Positions 36,534 to 48,100 of a DNA stretch of 64,000 nucleotides are shown here, in pieces. Source of the stretch: Octopus bimaculoides (lineage: Eukaryota); assembly GCF_001194135.2 (NCBI RefSeq), contig NC_068985.1, positions 126,980,446-127,044,445 on the forward strand, written 5' to 3'. The translations under genes were made by a program, and so were the position numbers. The notes beneath the pieces were generated by a model that made no database searches, was not told where the DNA came from, and worked only from the letters and a program-made list of their open reading frames with translations. How positions within the stretch are numbered: position 1 is the first letter of the stretch; every line of letters begins with the position of its first letter.

Positions 36534-36884
36534 GTTGGTTTTTTTTTCTATTTTTCTACTGATTTGTGTGTTATTTCTAATTCAAATTTTTTAATGTTTT
36601 TTTTTTCATTCTTTTCATATATGTCCATGTAATCCCTATACACATGTACACCTACTCATCTTCACGGCACAAAACCATTGCATATACTAATAGTTTCAAT
36701 AAACGTTCTCTGCTAATCTCACATTATTTAAGGCAGTTGCAGTGGACAACACAGCTCATTCACAAGTTTTCTGCATTTTTCTGGCACAAAATTTTCAAAA
36801 AAAACGCTCCTAATGAGTGCTGGTAGATGGAGTAACACATGCTAGTGCCAGATTTCTGGCATAAGCCATTGAAAGATCTGTGAG

Positions 36885-37130
36885 GTGTAGGAATGGCTGT
36901 GTGGTAAGAAATTTGCTTGCTGGTCACATTTTTTTTTCTGGGTTCAGTTCTACTGCATTGCACATTGAACAAGTGTCTTTTACGATAGCCCTAGGCTAAC
37001 AAAAAGTCATGTGAGTGAATTTGGTAGGTTAAAACTGAAAGAACCCTATCTTGTGTGTGGGTTTCTTCTTCACGCTGTTTGACAACCCTGTAGCTTAGTG
37101 GCATGGCAAAAGTGACCAATAGAATAAGTA
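36885..37130 (+). mobile_element. Degenerate tRNA-derived SINE (family B)
   Basis: GGCTGTGTGGTAAGAAATTTGC...GGGTTCAGTTCTACTGCATTGCACATTGAACAAGTGTCTT: tRNA-like head followed by a CORE-like ...TTGGGCAAGT stretch. Confidence 0.55.
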
Positions 37131-38163
37131 CCGAACATAAAAAGACAAGTATTGGGGTAAACTTTTTTTTTCAGCTAAACACTTCAAGGTAATGCTCCAG
37201 TATGGTCGCAGTTCAGTGATTAAAGCAAGTTATATTATCATCTCATTTAACATCTGTTTCCTTGCTGGCATAGGTTGGACAGTCTGACAGAAGCTGGTCA
37301 GCTGAAGAGCTGCTCGGGTTTCATATCTGTTTTGGCATGGTTTCCATAGCTGGATGCCCTTCCTAATGCCACCTACTTTACAGTATACTGGGTGCTTTCA
37401 TGTAGCACCACCAGTACCACAAGCCTGCAAAATTAGGATCGCTCAGCTGAAGTGGGATGTAGGAGACATGCTTGTTTGCAAGGACAACCACGATTTTAAC
37501 TTAGCTTGTTTTCTCAAGAACAGCAAACTATCAAACCACAGTTTCATTCAATGGGCTTTTTAGTTGACTAAACATATTAGCAAATTTAGAAGTTTGGAAA
37601 TGTCTCACTTTAAGTCTAACTTGAAACTTTTTAAGGGTTAGCAACTGATCAAAGCTGAAGTATATTTTAATCCTAAAAAAAAAAAAAAAAGAGGCCAATC
37701 TTTGTGATGTAGTTTTGATAATGCTATACATGTGAGGTGGTCATGAGAGCTGAAATGGTAAAAACTAGCATTTATAGTGACATTATATGATCGGAGTAAA
37801 TTATGTCTGACTTTCTCTTTGATATATGTGTAGTGATTATGCTTTTGTGCTATTGAAGGAGACTATGTTGTTATTGATATAAATTATTTACATCTACATT
37901 TCCACATTGGTGTGAATGCTGGGAGATTTTGCATTTTATTTTGGAGCAGTTGTTTTTCTTTTATTACTTTTTATCATTCCTACACTTACCGTTTGAATCT
38001 TTATTACCTTTTGCCTGTCAGATAAAATTGCTCAGGTAAACAGGGGCACAGGTTAGAAATTATGACCTCATGATTAGTAGCCCAGCACATTAACCTCACA
38101 GCTAATGTGGTCTTTGTTTCCTTTTACATATTGATGTTGATATCCTTTGGTTTTATTTTACAG

Positions 38164-38321
38164 GACCTGGGAAACAGATGCTTGATGGCATACTTAATTT
38201 AATCACCCCAGACCAGGTTGTTTACCTTTATACACCAAAAATAAAATTAGAACCTGAAGAACTGCAGCCTTCTGTTGTTGGTCAGAACCCATGGAATTTT
38301 CCTGGAGAGAAAAATGAACTT
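38164..38321 (+). CDS. NOL9: NOL9 exon
   Basis: GPGKQMLDGILNLITPDQVVYL...PGEKNEL, corresponding to G..LL.D.I.L..P.HVV in NOL9; TTACAG acceptor and GTAAGT donor, phases 1 to 0. Confidence 0.92.
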
Positions 38322-38829
38322 GTAAGTAACAAAAGGAGGAGAATAACTGCATTTCTCATCATCATCATCAAACTTCTACTTTTCCATGTTTGCTTGGGGC
38401 AGGCAAGAGTATTTTGGGATAGTTTTATATCTGGATGCTCTTGTTGACAACCCTTGTTTTCCAAGTGAAGTAATAATCTTCCAGTCATTATCAAGCAACA
38501 AACAGCCCCAGTTGAACAGGCCTTTTGTTTACAAAGATCATGCAGCACGTTAAGAAGCACAGGCATGCTTTCATGGCAGACTGCAAGCAGATGACACTGC
38601 CAGGAAGATACTGTTTACACACTAGTGAACATGAGGTTAAATATGAACTCACTTACACAGACACATACATAGATATTATACAACAGGCTTCTTCCAGTTT
38701 TTATATATATACATACATACATACATATATATATATATAGAGAGAGAGAGGGGGGGGATATATATACAACTGTGCTTGTGTTGCTCTAAATTTCCTCTTT
38801 CCTTTCATTTATCTTGACTTATTTTTCAG

Positions 38830-38891
38830 AACTCTACTCATTGTAACTGGGCATTGGAAGTCCTCCCTTCTCCAGTGAATTCAGGGATGAG
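38830..38891 (+). CDS. NOL9: NOL9 exon (62 nt)
   Basis: TTTTTCAG|NSTHCNWALEVLPSPVNSGM AG|GTGGGT. This exon supplies the phase 0 to 2 link required between its neighbours. Confidence 0.8.
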
Positions 38892-39138
38892 GTGGGTGAT
38901 AGATTTTTTTCCTTCTTTATTTTTAATGTTCAATGCAATTATCAACTTTGACAAAAACATTTTGTGAATGTATATTTTTATGTCTATTTCTCTATGCTGG
39001 CATGGGTTGGACAGGACTTTTTGAGATGGTGTTTTACAGTGCGGTGTCCTTTCTGATGTCAACCATTTTTAATCACCTAAGTAAGGTATATAACTATGCT
39101 TGATGCAAACAGAGTCACTTGCCTTGCTCACAGATCAA

Positions 39139-39280
39139 TGACTATCTACTGACTATCTACTGACTATCTACTGACTATCTACTGACTATCTACTGACTAT
39201 CTACTGACTATCTACTGACTATCTACTGACTATCTACTGACTATCTACTGTCCGCTATCTACTGACTATCTACTGACTAT
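39139..39280 (+). repeat. 11-bp tandem repeat (TGACTATCTAC) x ~13
   Basis: About 10 perfect consecutive units, one interrupted unit and two further units. Confidence 0.95.
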
Positions 39281-39980
39281 AATGCCTGTAGTCAGTAGTT
39301 CAGTAACTTAACCTTCTGTCACTCACTGTGTATTAATATTTAATATGTAATTAACAAATGTATAATTAGTAAAGTGAGTAGCCACATCAAAGTGGCAGAT
39401 GAATGTTATTACTAGCTTAACCCCAGCGGATTCTCTACCAACTGGTTTTTGGTGCAAGCCCTGCACCTTTTATATACAATATATCACTAGTAGGGGGAGT
39501 GAACCCCTACTATCCGGTCCTTCCCCCCCACCCAGCAGCTGACAGGATCGCAGGACCGGCCAGTTTCGAGCCTTTTGGTTCAACTCAGCCACACTCTTTA
39601 CCAGTAATGTCAATGAAATCAATGAATATGTACTTCGTCTTTTTAACAGAAAAATAAGTTTTATAAAAACATTATCATTACCATCGAATGATTGTTGTAT
39701 TTACTCATTATCAGTGTAATTGTAGTAAGTAAGACAGAAATGGAAGAATGAAGGACAAATGCCTTGTTGTAGTTATGTATTTGTCCTTCATTCTGAGGTA
39801 AAATTCTGCAGGAGTTTGTTTTGCATTTCTTCTTTCCTCTTTGTTAGCTCATCCCAGAGTTAATATATTAGGGTTGACACCATAGACTTCACATTTTTGC
39901 CTTTAAAAAAATTATGATTTATAAAAATAAAAATATTTTATAATGATGAATAATGTAATAAATGTGTTTGATATTTGCAG

Positions 39981-40203
39981 TAAATTATCGAAATTGAGCA
40001 ATGCAGAACTGCGCACTTTGGCAACTTTGGTGTATCTAGGTCGAAACTGGTCCCCCAATATGGGTCTAAACAGTTGTATTCCCTACAAAATCAAGTGGAA
40101 TTTAATAGCTATTCAAGTTTGTCATGAAGTTGTACCTTTCTCCCAGATAATGTATGCCATCAATGCATCTGTGATAGCCTTATGTGTGGCTAATTTAAAT
40201 ACA
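39981..40203 (+). CDS. NOL9: NOL9 exon
   Basis: KLSKLSNAELRTLATLVYLG...IPYKIKWNLIAIQVCHEVVPFSQIMYAINASVIALC matches the NOL9 LR.L..L.Y, PY.V and LYA.NAS.V.LC motifs; TTGCAG acceptor and GTAAGC donor. Confidence 0.95.
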
Positions 40204-40364
40204 GTAAGCAGTTAATTTTAGTAAATCTTTTGTTCTTTGCAATTAATGTCTTGGAAGAACCTTTTTAAATATTTAAAAGCACAAAATCACTTATGTTAAT
40301 ATTTTCATTTATTTTGTAAGTTAGTTGCACAAAATGAATGTATTCTTTTGAAATTTGCTTGTTT

Positions 40365-40588
40365 TTAAGCCTTTCGCATTCAGATTCCTCTGTCAAATGT
40401 AATGCTTGTTCATTCACATTGTTTTCAATTAATCATGCATTAAGTCATAGTTTTGAAATGTTGATGTGATTGTTTATTTTTGGAATGACATTGTAAGAAA
40501 GGGGTAAGAGGCCAAATATGGCCACTTTGAACATAAAACAAGTAGAATATGTGGGCCAGATATGGCTGGTTTAAATCCTAAAGAGTTG
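40365..40588 (+). mobile_element. piggyBac-type MITE copy
   Basis: TTAAGCCTTTCGCATTCAGATTCCTCTGTCAAATGTAATGC... family sequence. Confidence 0.7.
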
Positions 40589-41743
40589 GTTCTGGTGAGT
40601 TGTGATGCACTTTGTGCTTGGCATTTGTAGATGAAGGACTTCACTACTTCTGCTCTAATCAGCATTTCCTGTTGCAGTGCAAGTTCTGAGATCTTACTCT
40701 GTAGAGGGCCTAGATTCTGCTTGATTGTATAAATATCTACTTCATATGTATATCTCTGTAAACTGCTTACATTAAAATCTTACTGAATATTTGTAGTGCT
40801 AGTTTCAGGATAAGTTTTTTTTTAGAACCTTTCTGTTTGAGTGTTAAGTGTATCACTGGATTCTCCATCTTTATGTAATCTGAAGGATAACCATACTTTT
40901 TCATGCCCTACTCCATTAGTGGAGTAGGAATTAGCACTACAAGTTAACAAAATGCTCATGGATTTTGCTGTGCCGTTATAACTTACAGCAGAGAGTTGTT
41001 CCAACTTTAATGATACCTATTCACAATTAGGAGGACTAGACCATTTGAGTACAAGGTATTTTGGCCTTGGACATTATGCAATACCTGTGGTAGGATGTGA
41101 ATCACTGATTGCTCAACTGCTATCCTATCAACACCTCACACTCTAAATATTTCTTAGTACTGGTTGCTAAACTGAATCTGTTGCTTGGTTTACCACCACC
41201 ACTTGGTCCTTGGATGTCTTTGTTGCAAGCATTTGAACTGGGTCTTCAGTTTGAAGACCTTATAGCAGTTTACAATGATTCTGTTATGCAGTCATTGAAG
41301 ATGACACCTTCCTGTCTCAGCTAAGTATCTAGCTGATAATCATATAATAAAGCATAGGAATTAATTCTAAGTAATAAAAAAAACAACCTGAATCTGAATT
41401 AATTCTACTGTTATAATCTGAGAATATAATATGGGAATCTACTTCTGTGCAATCAGTAACCAGATGTGTTCTCTAACTCAGAAGGCTGCATAAACCAAAT
41501 TAGCAGTAGTGACTATTTTCCAACTAGGTTGACTAAAATATATAAAAAAATAAAACTTTGACTTTGCTCTCATAACTTCTAAAATCTGGAGCCTATCACT
41601 TGAAAACCATTCAGATTCAGTATTTGAAGCTGTAAAATTATATGAATAATGGTAGATGGTTTATATATGTTTTGCTTTTTCCTTTTTTTATGCAATCCAC
41701 TGTTTCCAGAGTTGAACAATTTTTTTCCCATTCCCAATTGCAG

Positions 41744-41819
41744 GCTTTTCGATACAACAATGATGAAAATCTTCCTCTGGGATTTGTCAAGAGGCCACTC
41801 TGTAGATGTTTAGGATTTG
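41744..41819 (+). CDS. NOL9: NOL9 exon
   Basis: AFRYNNDENLPLGFVKRPLCRCLGF, which leads into the CLGFG motif; TTGCAG acceptor and GTAAGA donor. Confidence 0.93.
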
Positions 41820-42126
41820 GTAAGAAAAACAAGCAATATTTTATTGCTTTAACCTTTACAAATCTGGAGCTGTTAGCAAAATACTTGATTGAAATTTCAT
41901 CTATAGAAAACCACATGAATATAAGCTATAAACAAATCTTTTTTTTCCTTTTATATTATACTTGTATATAGTTTTTATATTCTTAATTATGAGCAAAATT
42001 TAAAATTAACGTTCTTATACATATAGTAGTCGTTAGGCTAGGATTCTGAGTGTGCGCAACAGAATTGTTGGTGACATGTTGATAAATATTTGTTGTTTTA
42101 AGAAGTTAAAGATGTTTTTGTTGCAG

Positions 42127-42260
42127 GATTTGTACGAGGAATTGATGCTGAATCTCAAACCATATATATTGTAAGTCCAGTAACTCTGAAAACTATAAGT
42201 CAGGTGAACACACTGCTGCGAGGGCCAATAAACCTTCCTTTAGAAAAACTACAAGATCAA
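42127..42260 (+). CDS. NOL9: NOL9 exon
   Basis: GFVRGIDAESQTIYIVSPV...VNTLLRGPINLP matches the GI.RGID...Y..TP..VN.L..G motif of the NOL9 C-terminal domain; TTGCAG acceptor and GTAAGA donor. Confidence 0.95.
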
Positions 42261-42774
42261 GTAAGACACATCAGTATTTTTTCACCTTTTCTCTCTCTTC
42301 TCCTTGGTTGTTAACTTTCTTTTTCAAATAGGGGTCAGTAAGAGGTTGACAGTATATAAAGGCAGGCTTTGTATGTAGATGTACTATAGTAGTTAGCTGT
42401 CAGAGCACCAGTAAAATAAAGTCTTTCCAATGTTTGAAAGGCTCCATAAAAGTAGTGGACAATATGCATGGGTGACAAGGCACAGCTGATGAATTTGAGA
42501 GAAAATCTGGTTATAAAAGAAATAAGATATAGTGTATAAAAGAGACAACTGCGTTGGTATGAACATGTAATGTGTATGTATGATGACAGCTGGGTAAAGA
42601 AGTGCTGTGAGACATAAGTGGAAGAGGAAGGCTAAGGAAGACATAGGCAGAAATAGTGAAAGCTAATCCCAGGATGTTGAACTTCAGAAAGGAACACAAG
42701 GGTTGGGACACTGTATTAAAAGACCCAGTCAACCAGTGCATGCATATATATGTATGTGTGTATCTATCTATCTA

Positions 42775-42814
<40 letters not shown>

Positions 42815-42925
42815 CTGGCTTGCCAGCCCTCAGTCAAACTGTCCAACCCATGCCAGCATGGAAAGCAGATGTTAAAGCACAACAATGATGATGATGAGAT
42901 ATATATATATGTGTATATATATACA

Positions 42926-42961
<36 letters not shown>

Positions 42962-42968
42962 ATGCTGG

Positions 42969-43185
42969 AGGCAGTGAGCTGGCAAAATTGTTAGCATGCA
43001 GGGCAAAATACTTAGCGACATTTCATCTATTTTCACATTCTGAGTTCAAATTTTACTGTGGTTGACTTTGCTTTTCATCCTTTCGGGGCCAATAAAATAT
43101 GTACCAGCTGAGCACTGGGGTCAATGTAATTGACTTACTCCCTCCCCCAAAGTTGTTGAGTTTGTGCCAAAATTTGAAACCAATG
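42969..43185 (+). mobile_element. tRNA-derived SINE (family C); many partial copies in the window
   Basis: GGCAGTGAGCTGGCA...TTCTGAGTTCAAAT...GTTGACTTTGC.TTTCATCCTTTCGGGG..AATAAAAT..GTACCAG. Related copies lie near 31.2, 45.4, 46.3-46.7, 54.4-55.4 and 59.6 kb in both orientations. Confidence 0.75.
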
Positions 43186-43676
43186 TATATAATGGCTGAA
43201 ATTAGGATACTAAACTGCTTGTTAAATTGAAATCTGACTCCTATTATTGTGCTGTGCTCTTAAGTGTGACACCTAACACTGCTTGCTTCAGTTCTCATGA
43301 TGGGCAAAGAGTGGGATCTACTTCATGATTGCATGTTTGATGGTTGTAAGAACCTTCACATATATAAGTGCATTTAGTTAGTTTTTTCTGTAAATTGACA
43401 TTGTACATCAAACTGATTGTTCATTATTAACAAATAAGATTTCAGTCTGATATATTTGAGAGGGCAGACAGAGATTCGTCCTTGTCATTGTTTTATGTCT
43501 ACTTAGCATGCTGCAGTGGATTGGCTGGGTCATTACTGCTCTGCCGGTTGGTTCAGGGCACCACATCTTTCTCATAAGTTTCCTTTTGACTTTGTTTCTA
43601 TGGTTGGATGCCTTTTCTAACACCAACCACTTTGCAGCATGTGTTGTATACATATTTTATGTACCAACAGTTATTG

Positions 43677-44060
43677 TTGTTGGCACTCCGTCGCTTATGA
43701 CGTCGAGGGTTCCAGTTGATCCGATCAACAGAACAGCCTACTCGTGAAATTAGTGTGCAAGTGGCTGAGCACTCCACAGACACGTGTACCCTTAACGTAG
43801 TTCTCGGGGATATTCAGCGTGACACAGTGTGACAAGGCTGACCCTTTGAATTACAGGCACAACAGAAACAGGAAGTAAGAGTGAGAGAAAGTTGTGGTGA
43901 AAGAGTAGAACAGGGTTCGCCACCATCCCCTGCCGGAGCCTCGTGGAGCTTTAGGTGTTTTCGCTCAATAAACACTCACAATGCCTGGTCTGGGAATCAA
44001 AACCGCGATCCTATGACCGTCAGTCCGCTGCCCTAACCACCGGGCCATTGCGCCTCCACT
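43677..44060 (-). mobile_element. tRNA-derived SINE (family A), full length, inverted relative to the 26760 copy
   Basis: Reverse complement begins GGAGGCGCAATGGCCCGGTGGTTAGGGCAGCGGACT...GGTTTTGATTCCCAGACC; the body matches 26760-27125. Confidence 0.85.
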
Positions 44061-44462
44061 GTACCAACAGTAGAGAAGACTAAAACCAATATCAGTGAGA
44101 AAGTGAGAGATTACAAGTGAGTGGATAAAAGGTGAGAACGAATGATGGACGTTGGAAACAAATTGCTAAGCAGGGAGGTGTACGGGTAGAATGTATAGGA
44201 TATATACAGGTCTGATGAAGACCCCTATGCTTGCCTATGCATCAAAATGAGAAAGAGAGCTAGGGTGATAAAAATGAGGAGTAAAAGAGTGGAGTATTGG
44301 AGAGAGGGCCCGATAGATCCAGTGGCACCCCTACTAACACTGGAAGTAACGTACAGTGAACATTGCTTCTAGTGTAAGATTTAAAGTGGGGAATATTTTT
44401 TCCAGTATTATGAAGAATAATAAACTAAGGATTCCATTTCTTTCTCCTTTTTTTCTTTCCAG

Positions 44463-44558
44463 CAAATACCAGATATACTTTACATTGACAAAACCTTAGC
44501 TACGACAACAGGATCAAGAACATTAAAAAGACGAGCCACTATGCCAAGACATCAATGA
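44463..44558 (+). CDS. NOL9: NOL9 terminal coding exon
   Basis: Long polypyrimidine tract and CCAG acceptor, then QIPDILYIDKTLATTTGSRTLKRRATMPRHQ* in phase 0, with TGA at 44556-44558. Confidence 0.85.
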   Translation, partial: QIPDILYIDKTLATTTGSRTLKRRATMPRHQ

Positions 44559-44727
44559 TGCTTTTTCTTTTTGCATATTATCTTTTGTGAGGGTCCTTAT
44601 GACTGTCTGAGAATCTGTGGATTTAAAAAAAATTTTTTATCTTCTGTAATTGTTTAAAATTCAAACAATTTTGATAGCATCACCTCTCATACACTTATAC
44701 AAACACTTAAACATACACAATCACATG

Positions 44728-44759
<32 letters not shown>

Positions 44760-44865
44760 TACATGCAAATGAACTGTTTTTTCATCCATAACAATGAAAT
44801 TAAAACATTTCTTTCATCTGATAGTTCTTTTTCCAATCTGTTCCTGTCTTTTGAGTTACATGACA

Positions 44866-44871
44866 AATAAA
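44866..44871 (+). promoter_or_regulatory. Candidate NOL9 polyadenylation signal AATAAA
   Basis: First canonical AATAAA noticed ~310 nt after the stop; ATTAAA also occurs at 44799. Confidence 0.4.
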
Positions 44872-44991
44872 AAAACAATTCCACAATATTCAAGCTTTTA
44901 TTTGTAAATCAGTCAAGTATTAAAAAATGTCACATATTGACAAACTACACATATCTAGTTGTTTTGTTTCATATATATCACATATAATTAC

Positions 44992-45197
44992 TTAACCCTT
45001 TAGCATTCAGATTACTTCGTCAAATGTAATGCTTGTTTATTCATGTTGTTTTGAATGAATTATGCCTAATCTTGTGATTGTTTATTTTTAGAATGACATT
45101 GTAGGGTACATGTGAGAGACCAGATCTGGCCAATTTGAACATAAAACAAGTAGAATGTTTGGATGAGGTATGGCCAATGTAGCTGCTAAAGGGCTAA
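44992..45197 (+). mobile_element. piggyBac-type MITE copy
   Basis: TTAACCCTTTAGCATTCAGATTAC...GCTGCTAAAGGGCTAA. Confidence 0.75.
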
Positions 45198-48100
45198 AGT
45201 GTTCAAAGAGCTCATCAATTAATGATTGTGTGCTGATTGTAAACAAAGTCAGTATTCACATAAAAATGGTGTAATTTACTTGGAATCTTCTGTGAAAACA
45301 TGTCCTACTTTTGAGCTGTTCATATTTCAAGGACTAAAAGAAATATTCTTTTTTACTCTAGGCACAAGGCCTGAAAATTTGGGGTGAGGAGTTGATTAGA
45401 TCGACCCCAGTATGCAACTGTTACTTAAATTATCGACCCCAAAAGGATGAAAGGCAAAGTCAACCTCGGCGGAATTTGAACTCAGAATGTAAAGACAGAT
45501 GAAATACCGCTGCCTTTATTACTTTACTTGGAAATGAGTGAGAGTTAGCAACAGGAAGACCATCTGCTCATAGAAAATCTATCTGTATCAAGTATATTGT
45601 CTGACTCGTGTAACCATGGAAAAGTGAATGTTCTCAGAATGCCTGCCTGTGATTGAGGAATTAGATGCATTAGAGGTTGCTAAAGAGCTGATTAAAGCCA
45701 TTGATGTGTGTGTGTGTGTGCATGAGTAGAAGTGGTAGACTGGAAACAGTATGGAAACCTATTCTGTGTGTGCCTGAGTGTTGTCAGTTCAGCTTATTCC
45801 CATGAGACTGTTTGCACTTTTGAAATTTAGCAAAATTCAAAAATCCCCTTACTCAAAAAACAACTAAAGGTTGAAAAGCACCAGACTGTAAAATATTGCC
45901 TCAAATAAATACCAGTCCAACCCGTGCAAGCATGGAAAAATGGATGTTAAACATACAGTTCCTTATCTATCCAAGCTGTGAAAATCCAGTCCAAGTAAAT
46001 ACAATACAGTGAGTTAAGGAAAATGGAGGTGAATACTTTAAAACATTTCACAGATGTCACAAACATTGATAATTGTTTTTCTTCCTTCAGGGACTGGATC
46101 TGTAATTGCTGCAGTTAAATACTTTCCAAGCTGGAAAAATTACCAACACTTAAAATTTCAGCCCAAACTATTGCTATTCTCTGCAGCATCAGCAGTTCTA
46201 TTTTGAAGTATATCCATACAGCATTTATGGTTAACAGAAACCATGTCCAAAGCTGAAAAGAAAAAAAAAGAAAAAATGATTTAAGTAAAAGATCAGCAGT
46301 TTTGAGGAAAGAGGTTTAGGTTACTAAATCAACCCCAGTACTTGACTGGTCGACTGGAACTTTATTTTACTGACCTCAGAGGGATGAAAGACAAAACTGA
46401 TCTCAGCAGGATTTGAACTCAGAATGTGAAGTGCTAGAAGAAATACTATATGGCTTTATTTTTTTGACACTTTAACAATCCAGACACTCAAATTGTAAAA
46501 TAATAGTTCAAAATTTGACACAAAGTCAGCAATTTTTTGGCTGGTATTTTATTTTATCAACCCTGAAAGGGTCAAAGGTAAAGTTGACTTTGGCAGAATT
46601 TGAACTCAGAAAGTAATAAGCAGAAGAAAGGTGACTAAGGCATTTCTTCTAGCACTTCACATTCTGAGTTCAAATCTTGCTGAGATCAGTTTTGTCTTTC
46701 ATCCCTCTGAGATCAATAAAATAAACTTCCAGTTGACCAGTCAAGAAAGGTGACTAAGGCATTTTGTCCAGTGCCTTTTAATGATTTTACCAGAAAATAA
46801 CAACAGTGAATAACACTGTAACAACATTTTAATTTTTTTTTTGTGTCTTTGGTCAGTCAGTGTTATTTCCTATTTGCTTCTGTCCAGCAATCAAAAGAAA
46901 TTACTACAATTCCCTTCAAACTTTGTTTTTGTGACTTGGACAGCAATATTTTCAAACTGACCTATTTTCTGCTACATTTCAGACAGATTCAACGCTGAGT
47001 TGCTGAAGCAGGAAGATCGTTATAATAGATATTCCGCTCAGTACCACAGATTTGCTTGTCAGTTGCTTGACCTTAACCTGTTGAACATGTCCCTTGGTGG
47101 CTGACGATATGTGCATCTCTGATCATGAGGAGTTGTTGGGGAGCATCATAGCCATGTGTTGAGAGGGATTCTTTGGGGTTTGAATAAATGTAACAAAAGC
47201 AACATTTGAAGGAAATACAAGCCATTTTCCATACTTTCTCAGGGTAAGCAAAACAGGAAATAACAGTTGCTACCCAAGGACAAAAATTGCGTTATACAGT
47301 GTAATAACTTCTAAATTTAGCATAAGACCACAAATTCTGATTTTTATAGGAGGTTTAGCAATTATGCTAAACCTATAAAAATGTTGTAGTCTTGTAAGTT
47401 CCAAAATTCCAGTGAGTTACAGAAATGTTAGTGTTGGATGGGATGCCTTGCAGTGTCTGCTCTGGCCCTTTTTATTCTAACAGAAATGCCTGCAATGGCA
47501 CAGCTAAGGACTTTTTAACTCTGATTTTTGTTGGATATGTCCAGACATTTGTGGCTCTGTTACTTTGAGGACTGATTTAAACCTTTTATTATTTACAGTT
47601 CTGGTTCTGTCATATCAGAAAAATATGAAGAAGCTTATATATGGCTAATTGATTTATTAGGAATAGCAGTTAAATCTACCTCGAATTTCACATTACCATC
47701 TTGAATGACGAAAAGAACACATTAGGTTATTTAATCTTTGATACCTTTAAAAAGCCAGGATAGTCACAGCTAGATTGTCTTTTATTCATAAATTTGCTTA
47801 ATTGTAGTTGGCTTGGGGCTAAAAAACACCCAGAGATCATTGACATAGTCACAGGATGTGCTAGGAGTAGTAGCTAAAGCCTCCTCAAACTGCACCCTAT
47901 CATAGTGAATAATATTGTCCAAGAGCCACTATATCTGCAAAAAGCTGGGATGATCACAACTGAAATGCTTTTGATCAGTGCCAGCCAAACAATAATACAA
48001 TATGAATTCAATAAATAGAGACATATCCTTGAATACAAGGATATACTTTAGAGTAGGAAGTATTTCATAAAATTCTTTTTCCAAGTGGATCAAAACTTTT

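Noticed and set aside
44212-44250. CTGATGA hammerhead half-core in the last NOL9 intron
   Set aside because: No stem II partner or GAAA follows, so it is not a supportable ribozyme.
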